Source of the DNA: Auanema rhodensis | Lineage: Eukaryota; Animalia; Nematoda | Direction: 5' to 3' | Length of the DNA: 64,000 nucleotides | NCBI GenBank assembly: GCA_964057225.1 | Contig: OZ059898.1 | Location: 16,678,001 to 16,742,000 of the forward strand | In this document: positions 1 through 12,249 of the stretch, piece after piece | Layout: each line of letters begins with the position of its first letter | Numbering within the stretch: the first letter of the stretch is position 1 | Program-made: the position numbers and the translations under genes | The notes under the pieces: generated by a model | Seen by the model: only the letters and a program-made list of their open reading frames with translations | Databases searched by the model: none | What the model was told of the DNA's origin: nothing

Positions 1-170
1 GTGAAGCGAGTTACATACCAAGTGCACATCACGTGTACATTTAATTAGCATAAATTAAAGTTCACGTAAATTTCAAAGTCATGGTTACCATGAACCAATA
101 TCAATAAAAATTTGTTTTTAGACTAGGATGGACATGGGGAATCTAATTTTGAAAACCGCATCTCTTTATC

Positions 171-187
171 TTTCACGTGAAGCGAGT
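171..187 (+). promoter_or_regulatory. CENP-B-box-like 17-mer overlapping a 10-bp palindrome (first copy shown; one per monomer)
   Basis: TTTCACGTGAAGCGAGT versus the human box YTTCGTTGGAARCGGGA gives 11/17 matches and 7/9 core positions. This is similarity only; no binding is shown. Confidence 0.3.
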
Positions 188-3100
188 TACATACCAAGTG
201 CACATCACGTGTACATTTAATTAGCATAAATTAAAGTTCACGTAAATTTCAAAGTCATGGTTACCATGAACCAATATCAATAAAAATTTGTTTTTAGACT
301 AATATGGACATGGGGAATCTAATTTTGAAAACCGCATCTCTTGATCTTTCACGTGAAGCGAGTTACATACCAAGTGCACATCACGTGTACATTTAATTAG
401 CATAAATTAAAGTTCACGTAAATTTCAAAGACATGGTTACCATGAACCAATATCAATAAAAATTTGTTTTTAGACTAGGATGGACATGGGGAATCTAATT
501 TTGAAAACCGCATCTCTTTATCTTTCACGTGAAGCGAGTTACATACCAAGTGCACATCACGTGTACATTTAATTAGCATAAATTAAAGTTCACGTAAATT
601 TCAAAGTCATGGTTACCATGCACCAATATCAATAAAAATTTGTTTTTAGACTAATATGGACATGGGGAATCTAATTTTGAAAACCGCATCTCTTTATCTT
701 TCACGTGAAGCGAGTTACATACCAAGTGCACATCACGTGTACATTTAATTAGCATAAATTAAAGTTCACGTAAATTTCAAAGTCATGGTTACCATGAACC
801 AATATCAATAAGAATTTGTTTTTAAACTAATATGGACATGGGGAATCTAATTTTGAAAACCGCATCTCTTTATCTTTCACGTGAAGCGAGTTACATACCA
901 AGTGCACATCACGTGTACATTTAATTAGCATAAATTAAAGTTCACGTAAATTTCAAAGTCATGGTTACCATGAACCAATATCAATAAAAATTTGTTTTTA
1001 GACTAGGATGGACATGGGGAATCTAATTTTGAAAACCGCATCTCTTTATCTTTCACGTGAAGCGAGTTACATACCAAGTGCACATCACGTGTACATTTAA
1101 TTAGCATAAATTAAAGTTCACGTAAATTTCAAAGTCATGGTTACCATGAACCAATATCAATAAAAATTTGTTTTTAGACTAATATGGACATGGGGAATCT
1201 AATTTTGAAAACCGCATCTCTTTATCTTTCACGTGAAGCGAGTTACATACCAAGTGCACATCACGTGTACATTTAATTAGCATAAATTAAAGTTCACGTA
1301 AATTTCAAAGTCATGTTTACCATGAACCAATATCAATAAAAATTTGTTTTTAGACTAGGATGGACATGGGGAATCTAATTTTGAAAACCGCATCTCTTTA
1401 TCTTTCACGTGAAGCGAGTTACATACCAAGTGCACATCACGTGTACATTTAATTAGCATAAATTAAAGTTCACGTAAATTTCAAAGTCATGGTTACCATG
1501 AACCAATATCAATAAAAATTTGTTTTTAAACTAATATGGACATGGGGAATCTAATTTTGAAAACCGCATCTCTTTATCTTTCACGTGAAGCGAGTTACAT
1601 ACCAAGTGCACATCACGTGTACATTTAATTAGCATAAATTAAAGTTCACGTAAATTTCAAAGTCATGGTTACCATGAACCAATATCAATAAAAATTTGTT
1701 TTTAGACTAATATGGACATGGGGAATCTAATTTTGAAAACCGCATCTCTTTATCTTTCACGTGAAGCGAGTTACATACCAAGTGCACATCACGTGTACAT
1801 TTAATTAGCATAAATTAAAGTTCACGTAAATTTCAAAGTCATGGTTACCATGAACCAATATCAATAAAAATATGTTTTTAGACTAATATGGACATGGGGA
1901 ATCTAATTTCGAAAACCGCATCTCTTTATCTTTCACGTGAAGCGAGTTACATACCAAGTGCACATCACGTGTACATTTAATTAGCATAAATTAAAGTTCA
2001 CGTAAATTTCAAAGTCATGGTTACCATGAACCAATATCAATAAAAATTTGTTTTTAGACTAATATGGACATGGGGAATCTAATTTTGAAAACCGCATCTC
2101 TTTATCTTTCACGTGAAGCGAGTTACATACCAAGTGCACATCACGTGTACATTTAATTAGCATAAATTAAAGTTCACGTAAATTTCAAAGTCATGGTTAC
2201 CATGAACCAATATCAATAAAAATTTGTTTTTAAACTAATATGGACATGGGGAATCTAATTTTGAAAACCGCATCTCTTTATCTTTCACGTGAAGCGAGTT
2301 ACATACCAAGTGCACATCACGTGTACATTTAATTAGCATAAATTAAAGTTCACGTAAATTTCAAAGTCATGGTTACCATGAACCAATATCAATAAAAATT
2401 TGTTTTTAGACTAATATGGACATGGGGAATCTAATTTTGAAAACCGCATCTCTTTATCTTTCACGTGAAGCGAGTTACATACCAAGTGCACATCACGTGT
2501 ACATTTAATTAGCATAAATTAAAGTTCACGTAAATTTCAAAGTCATGGTTACCATGAACCAATATCAATAAAAATTTGTTTTTAGACTAATATGGACATG
2601 GGGAATCTAATTTTGAAAACCGCATCTCTTTATCTTTCACGTGAAGCGAGTTACATACCAAGTGCACATCACGTGTACATTTAATTAGCATAAATTAAAG
2701 TTCACGTAAATTTCAAAGACATGGTTACCATGAACCAATATCAATAAAAATTTGTTTTTAGACTAATATGGACATGGGGAATCTAATTTTGAAAACCGTA
2801 TCTCTTTATCTTTCACGTGAAGCGAGTTACATACCAAGTACACATCACGTGTACATTTAATTAGCATAAATTAAAGTTCACGTAAATTTCAAAGTCATGG
2901 TTACCATGCACCAATATCAATAAAAATTTGTTTTTAGACTAATATGGACATGGGGAATCTAATTTTGAAAACCGCATCTCTTTATCTTTCACGTGAAGCG
3001 AGTTACATACCAAGTGCACATCACGTGTACATTTAATTAGCATAAATTAAAGTTCACGTAAATTTCAAAGTCATGGTTACCATGAACCAATATCAATAAA

Positions 3101-6100
3101 AATTTGTTTTTAGACTAATATGGACATGGGGAATCTAATTTTGAAAACCGCATCTCTTTATCTTTCACGTGAAGCGAGTTACATACCAAGTGCACATCAC
3201 GTGTACATTTAATTAGCATAAATTAAAGTTCACGTAAATTTCAAAGTCATGGTTACCATGAACCAATATCAACAAAAATTTGTTTTGAGACTAATATGGA
3301 CATGGGGAATCTAATTTTGAAAACCGCATCTCTTTATCTTTCACGTGAAGCGAATTACATACCAAGTGCACATCACGTTTACATTTAATTAGCATAAATT
3401 AAAGTTCACGTAAATTTCAAAGTCATGGTTACCATGAACCAATATCAATAAAAATTTGTTTTTAGACTAATATGGACATGGGGAATCTAATTTTGAAAAC
3501 CGCATCTCTTTATCTTTCACGTGAAGCGAGTTACATACCAAGTGCACATCACGTTTACATTTAATTAGCATAAATTAAAGTTCACGTAAATTTCAAAGTC
3601 ATGGTTACCATGAACCAATATCAATAAAAATTTGTTTTTAGACTAATATGGACATGGGGAATCTAATTTTGAAAACCGCATCTCTTGATCTTTCACGTGA
3701 AGCGAGTTACATACCAAGTGCACATCACGTGTACATTTAATTAGCATAAATTAAAGTTCACGTAAATTACAAAGTCATGGTTACCATGAACCAATATCAA
3801 TAAAAATTGGTTTTTAGACTAATATGGACATGGGGAATCTAATTTTGAAAACCGCATCTCTTTATCTTTCACGTGAAGCGAGTTACATACCAAGTGCACA
3901 TCACGTGTACATTTAATTAGCATAAATTAAAGTTCACGTAAATTTCAAAGTCATGGTTACCATGAACCAATATCAACAAAAATTTGTTTTGAGACTAATA
4001 TGGACATGGGGAATCTAATTTTGAAAACCGCATCTCTTTATCTTTCACGTGAAGCGAATTACATACCAAGTGCACATCACGTTTACATTTAATTAGCATA
4101 AATTAAAGTTCACGTAAATTTCAAAGTCATGGTTACCATGAACCAATATCAATAAAAATTTGTTTTTAGACTAATATGGACATGGGGAATCTAATTTTGA
4201 AAACCGCATCTCTTTATCTTTCACGTGAAGCGAGTTACATACCAAGTGCACATCACGTGTACATTTAATTAGCATAAATTAAAGTTCACGTAAATTTCAA
4301 AGTCATGGTTACCATGAACCAATATCAATAAAAATTTGTTTTTAGAATAATATGGACATGGGGAATCTAATTTTGAAAACCGCATCTCTTGATCTTTCAC
4401 GTGAAGCGAGTTACATACCAAGTGCACATCACGTGTACATTTAATTAGCATAAATTAAAGTTCACGTAAATTACAAAGTCATGGTTACCATGAACCAATA
4501 TCAATAAAAATTTGTTTTTAGACTAATATGGACATGGGGAATCTAATTTTGAAAACCGCATCTCTTTATCTTTCACGTGAAGCGAGTTACATACCAAGTG
4601 CACATCACGTGTACAATTAATTAGCATAAATTAAAGTTCACGTAAATTACAAAGTCATGGTTACCATGAACCAATATCAATAAAAATTTGTTTTTAGACT
4701 AATATGGACATGGGGAATCTAATTTTGAAAACCGCATTTCTTTATCTTTCACGTGAAGCGAGTTACATACCAAGTGCACATCACGTGTACATTTAATTAG
4801 CATAAATTAAAGTTCACGTAAATTTCAAAGTCATGGTTACCATGCACCAATATCAATAAAAATTTGTTTTTAGACTAATATGGACATGGGGAATCTAATT
4901 TTGAAAACCGTATCTCTTTATCTTTCACGTGAAGCGAGTTACATACCAAGTACACATCACGTGTACATTTAATTAGCAAAAATTAAAGTTCACGTAAATT
5001 TCAAAGTCATGGTTACCATGCACCAATATCAATAAAAATTTGTTTTTAGACTAATATGGACATGGGAAATCTAATTTTGAAAACCGCATCTCTTTATCTT
5101 TCACGTGAAGCGAGTTACATACCAAGTGCACATCACGTGTACATTTAATTAGCATAAATTAAAGTTCACGTAAATTTCAAAGTCATGGTTACCATGAACC
5201 AATATCAATAAAAATTTGTTTTTAGACTAATATGGACATGGGGAATCTAATTTTGAAAACCGCATCTCTATATCTTTCACGTGAAGCGAGTTACATACCA
5301 AGTGCACATCACGTGTACATTTAATTAGCATAAATTAAAGTTCACGTAAATTACAAAGTCATGGTTACCATGAACCAATATCAATAAAAATTTGTTTTAA
5401 GACTAATATGGACATGAGGAATCTAATTTTGAAAACCGCATCTCTTTATCTTTCACGTGAAGCGAGTTACATACCAAGTGCACATCACGTGTACATTTAA
5501 TTAGCATAAATTAAAGTTCACGTAAATTTCAAAGTCATGGTTACCATGAACCAATATCAATAAAAATTTGTTTTTAGACTAATATGGACATGGGGAATCT
5601 AATTTTGAAAACCGCATCTCTTTATCTTTCACGTGAAGCGAGTTACATACCAAGTGCACATCACGTGTACATTTAATTAGCATAAATTAAAGTTCACGTA
5701 AATTTCAAAGTCATGTTTACCATGAACCAATATCAATAAAAATTTGTTTTTAGACTAGGATGGACATGGGGAATCTAATTTTGAAAACCGCATCTCTTTA
5801 TCTTTCACGTGAAGCGAGTTACATACCAAGTGCACATCACGTGTACATTTAATTAGCATAAATTAAAGTTCACGTAAATTTCAAAGTCATGGTTACCATG
5901 CACCAATATCAATAAAAATTTGTTTTTAGACTAATATGGACATGGGGAATCTAATTTTGAAAACCGCATCTCTTTATCTTTCACGTGAAGCGAGTTACAT
6001 ACCAAGTGCACATCACGTGTACATTTAATTAGCATAAATTAAAGTTCACGTAAATTTCAAAGTCATGGTTACCATGAACCAATATCAATAAAAATTTGTT

Positions 6101-9100
6101 TTTAGAATAATATGGACATGGGGAATCTAATTTTGAAAACCGCATCTCTTGATCTTTCACGTGAAGCGAGTTACATACCAAGTGCACATCACGTGTACAT
6201 TTAATTAGCATAAATTAAAGTTCACGTAAATTTCAAAGTCATGGTTACCATGCACCAATATCAATAAAAATTTGTTTTTAGACTAATATGGACATGGGGA
6301 ATCTAATTTTGAAAACCGCATCTCTTTATCTTTCACGTGAAGCGAGTTACATACCAAGTGCACATCACGTGTACATTTAATTAGCATAAATTAAAGTTCA
6401 CGTAAATTTCAAAGTCATGGTTACCATGAACCAATATCAATAAGAATTTGTTTTTAAACTAATATGGACATGGGGAATCTAATTTTGAAAACCGCATCTC
6501 TTTATCTTTCACGTGAAGCGAGTTACATACCAAGTGCACATCACGTGTACATTTAATTAGCATAAATTAAAGTTCACGTAAATTTCAAAGTCATGGTTAC
6601 CATGCACCAATATCAATAAAAATTTGTTTTTAGACTAATATGGACATGGGGAATCTAATTTTGAAAACCGCATCTCTTTATCTTTCACGTGAAGCGAGTT
6701 ACATACCAAGTGCACATCACGTGTACATTTAATTAGCATAAATTAAAGTTCTCGTAAATTTCAAAGTCATGGTTACCATGAACCAATATCAATAAAAATT
6801 TGTTTTTAGACTAATATGGACATGGGGAATCTAATTTTGAAAACCGCATCTCTTTATCTTTCACGTGAAGCGAGTTACATACCAAGTGCACATCACGTGT
6901 ACATTTAATTAGCATAAATTAAAGTTCACGTAAATTTCAAAGTCATGGTTACCATGCACCAATATCAATAAAAATTTGTTTTTAGACTAATATGGACATG
7001 GGGAATCTAATTTTGAAAACCGTATCTCTTTATCTTTCACGTGAAGCGAGTTACATACCAAGTACACATCACGTGTACATTTAATTAGCATAAATTAAAG
7101 TTCACGTAAATTTCAAAGTCATGGTTACCATGCACCAATATCAATAAAAATTTGTTTTTAGACTAATATGGACATGGGAAATCTAATTTTGAAAACCGCA
7201 TCTCTTTATCTTTCACGTGAAGCGAGTTACATACCAAGTGCACATCACGTGTACATTTAATTAGCATAAATTAAAGTTCACGTAAATTTCAAAGTCATGG
7301 TTACCATGAACCAATATCAATAAAAATTTGTTTTTAGACTAATATGGACATGGGGAATCTAATTTTGAAAACCGCATCTCTATATCTTTCACGTGAAGCG
7401 AGTTACATACCAAGTGCACATCACGTGTACATTTAATTAGCATAAATTAAAGTTCACGTAAATTACAAAGTCATGGTTACCATGAACCAATATCAATAAA
7501 AATTTGTTTTAAGACTAATATGGACATGAGGAATCTAATTTTGAAAACCGCATCTCTTTATCTTTCACGTGAAGCGAGTTACATACCAAGTGCACATCAC
7601 GTGTACATTTAATTAGCATAAATTAAAGTTCACGTAAATTTCAAAGTCATGGTTACCATGAACCAATATCAATAAAAATTTGTTTTTAGACTAATATGGA
7701 CATGGGGAATCTAATTTTGAAAACCGCATCTCTTTATCTTTCACGTGAAGCGAGTTACATACCAAGTGCACATCACGTGTACATTTAATTAGCATAAATT
7801 AAAGTTCACGTAAATTTCAAAGTCATGTTTACCATGAACCAATATCAATAAAAATTTGTTTTTAGACTAGGATGGACATGGGGAATCTAATTTTGAAAAC
7901 CGCATCTCTTTATCTTTCACGTGAAGCGAGTTACATACCAAGTGCACATCACGTGTACATTTAATTAGCATAAATTAAAGTTCACGTAAATTTCAAAGTC
8001 ATGGTTACCATGCACCAATATCAATAAAAATTTGTTTTTAGACTAATATGGACATGGGGAATCTAATTTTGAAAACCGCATCTCTTTATCTTTCACGTGA
8101 AGCGAGTTACATACCAAGTGCACATCACGTGTACATTTAATTAGCATAAATTAAAGTTCACGTAAATTTCAAAGTCATGGTTACCATGAACCAATATCAA
8201 TAAGAATTTGTTTTTAAACTAATATGGACATGGGGAATCTAATTTTGAAAACCGCATCTCTTTATCTTTCACGTGAAGCGAGTTACATACCAAGTGCACA
8301 TCACGTGTACATTTAATTAGCATAAATTAAAGTTCACGTAAATTTCAAAGTCATGGTTACCATGAACCAATATCAATAAAAATTTGTTTTTAGACTAGGA
8401 TGGACATGGGGAATCTAATTTTGAAAACCGCATCTCTTTATCTTTCACGTGAAGCGAGTTACATACCAAGTGCACATCACGTGTACATTTAATTAGCATA
8501 AATTAAAGTTCACGTAAATTTCAAAGTCATGGTTACCATGAACCAATATCAATAAAAATTTGTTTTTAAACTAATATGGACATGGGGAATCTAATTTTGA
8601 AAACCGCATCTCTTTATCTTTCACGTGAAGCGAGTTACATACCAAGTGCACATCACGTGTACATTTAATTAGCATAAATTAAAGTTCACGTAAATTTCAA
8701 AGTCATGGTTACCATGAACCAATATCAATAAAAATTTGTTTTTAGACTAATATGGACATGGGGAATCTAATTTTGAAAACCGCATCTCTTTATCTTTCAC
8801 GTGAAGCGAGTTACATACCAAGTGCACATCACGTGTACATTTAATTAGCATAAATTAAAGTTCACGTAAATTTCAAAGTCATGGTTACCATGAACCAATA
8901 TCAATAAAAATTTGTTTTTAGACTAATATGGACATGGGGAATCTAATTTTGAAAACCGCATCTCTTTATCTTTCACGTGAAGCGAGTTACATACCAAGTG
9001 CACATCACGTGTACATTTAATTAGCATAAATTAAAGTTCACGTAAATTTCAAAGACATGGTTACCATGAACCAATATCAATAAAAATTTGTTTTTAGACT

Positions 9101-12100
9101 AATATGGACATGGGGAATCTAATTTTGAAAACCGTATCTCTTTATCTTTCACGTGAAGCGAGTTACATACCAAGTACACATCACGTGTACATTTAATTAG
9201 CATAAATTAAAGTTCACGTAAATTTCAAAGTCATGGTTACCATGCACCAATATCAATAAAAATTTGTTTTTAGACTAATATGGACATGGGGAATCTAATT
9301 TTGAAAACCGCATCTCTTTATCTTTCACGTGAAGCGAGTTACATACCAAGTGCACATCACGTGTACATTTAATTAGCATAAATTAAAGTTCACGTAAATT
9401 TCAAAGTCATGGTTACCATGAACCAATATCAATAAAAATTTGTTTTTAAACTAATATGGACATGGGGAATCTAATTTTGAAAACCGCATCTCTTTATCTT
9501 TTACGTGAAGCGAGTTACATACCAAGTGCACATCACGTGTACATTTAATTAGCATAAATTAAAGTTCACGTAAATTTCAAAGTCATGGTTACCATGAACC
9601 AATATCAATAAAAATTTGTTTTTAGACTAATATGGACATGGGGAATCTAATTTTGAAAACCGCATCTCTTTATCTTTCACGTGAAGCGAGTTACATACCA
9701 AGTGCACATCACGTGTACATTTAATTAGCATAAATTAAAGTTCACGTAAATTTCAAAGTCATGGTTACCATGAACCAATATCAACAAAAATTTGTTTTGA
9801 GACTAATATGGACATGGGGAATCTAATTTTGAAAACCGCATCTCTTTATCTTTCACGTGAAGCGAATTACATACCAAGTGCACATCACGTTTACATTTAA
9901 TTAGCATAAATTAAAGTTCACGTAAATTTCAAAGTCATGGTTACCATGAACCAATATCAATAAAAATTTGTTTTTAGACTAATATGGACATGGGGAATCT
10001 AATTTTGAAAACCGCATCTCTTTATCTTTCACGTGAAGCGAGTTACATACCAAGTGCACATCACGTTTACATTTAATTAGCATAAATTAAAGTTCACGTA
10101 AATTTCAAAGTCATGGTTACCATGAACCAATATCAATAAAAATTTGTTTTTAGACTAATATGGACATGGGGAATCTAATTTTGAAAACCGCATCTCTTGA
10201 TCTTTCACGTGAAGCGAGTTACATACCAAGTGCACATCACGTGTACATTTAATTAGCATAAATTAAAGTTCACGTAAATTACAAAGTCATGGTTACCATG
10301 AACCAATATCAATAAAAATTTGTTTTTAGACTAATATGGACATGGGGAATCTAATTTTGAAAACCGCATCTCTTTATCTTTCACGTGAAGCGAGTTACAT
10401 ACCAAGTGCACATCACGTGTACAATTAATTAGCATAAATTAAAGTTCACGTAAATTACAAAGTCATGGTTACCATGAACCAATATCAATAAAAATTTGTT
10501 TTTAGACTAATATGGACATGGGGAATCTAATTTTGAAAACCGCATCTCTTTATCTTTCACGTGAAGCGAGTTACATACCAAGTGCACATCACGTGTACAT
10601 TTAATTAGCATAAATTAAAGTTCACGTAAATTTCAAAGTCATGGTTACCATGAACCAATATCAATAAAAATTTGTTTTTAGACTAATATGGACATGGGGA
10701 ATCTAATTTTGAAAACCGCATCTCTTTATCTTTCACGTGAAGCGAGTTACATACCAAGTGCACATCACGTTTACATTTAATTAGCATAAATTAAAGTTCA
10801 CGTAAATTTCAAAGTCATGGTTACCATGAACCAATATCAATAAAAATTTGTTTTTAGACTAATATGGACATGGGGAATCTAATTTTGAAAACCGCATCTC
10901 TTGATCTTTCACGTGAAGCGAGTTACATACCAAGTGCACATCACGTGTACATTTAATTAGCATAAATTAAAGTTCACGTAAATTACAAAGTCATGGTTAC
11001 CATGAACCAATATCAATAAAAATTTGTTTTTAGACTAATATGGACATGGGGAATCTAATTTTGAAAACCGCATCTCTTTATCTTTCACGTGAAGCGAGTT
11101 ACATACCAAGTGCACATCACGTGTACATTTAATTAGCATAAATTAAAGTTCACGTAAATTTCAAAGTCATGGTTACCATGCACCAATATCAATAAAAATT
11201 TGTTTTTAGACTAATATGGACATGGGGAATCTAATTTTGAAAACCGTATCTCTTTATCTTTCACGTGAAGCGAGTTACATACCAAGTGCACATCACGTGT
11301 ACATTTAATTAGCATAAATTAAAGTTCACGTAAATTTCAAAGTCATGGTTACCATGAACCAATATCAATAAAAATTTGTTTTTAGACTAATATGGACATG
11401 GGGAATCTAATTTTGAAAACCGCATCTCTATATCTTTCACGTGAAGCGAGTTACATACCAAGTGCACATCACGTGTACATTTAATTAGCATAAATTAAAG
11501 TTCACGTAAATTACAAAGTCATGGTTACCATGAACCAATATCAATAAAAATTTGTTTTAAGACTAATATGGACATGAGGAATCTAATTTTGAAAACCGCA
11601 TCTCTTTATCTTTCACGTGAAGCGAGTTACATACCAAGTGCACATCACGTAAACATTTAATTAGCATAAATTAAAGTTCATGTAAATTTCAAAGTCATGG
11701 TAACCATGAACCAATATCAATAAAAATTTGTTTTTAGACTAATATGGACATGGGGAATCTAGTTTTGAAAACCGCATCTCTTTATCTTTCACGTGAAGCG
11801 AGTTACATACCAAGTGCACATCACGTGTACATTTAATTAGCATAAATTAAAGTTCACGTAAATTTCAAAGTCATGGTTACCAAGAACCAATATCAATAAA
11901 AATTTGTTTTTAGACTAATATGGACATGGGGAATCTAATTTTGAAAACTGCATCTCTTTATCTTTCACGTGAAGCGAGTTACATACCAAGTGCATATCAC
12001 GTGTACATTTAATTAGCATAAATTAAAGTTCACGTAAATTTCAAAGTCATGGTTACCATGCACCAATATCAATAAAAATTTGTTTTTAGACTAATATGGA

Positions 12101-12249
12101 CATGGGGAATCTAATTTTGAAAACCGCATCTCTTTATCTTTCACGTGAAGTGAGTTACATACCAAGTGCACATCACGTGTACATTTAATTAGCATAAATT
12201 AAAGTTCACGTAAATTACAAAGTCATGGTTAACATGAACCAATATCAAT

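Noticed and set aside
1-176. Identification as a named satellite (alpha satellite, CEN178) or tandem 5S/tRNA/snRNA genes
   Set aside because: Only the length is similar. I recognise no sequence match or RNA-gene motif, so species and family need a database search.
4269-4451. 60-aa minus-strand ORF MLIKCTRDVHL... (also 6029-6211, 24157-24339, 58692-58874, 60804-60986)
   Set aside because: These are satellite monomers in which a point variant (gacta to gaata or gacaa) removes a minus-strand TAG. The unit length of 176 is not a multiple of 3 and there is no protein motif.
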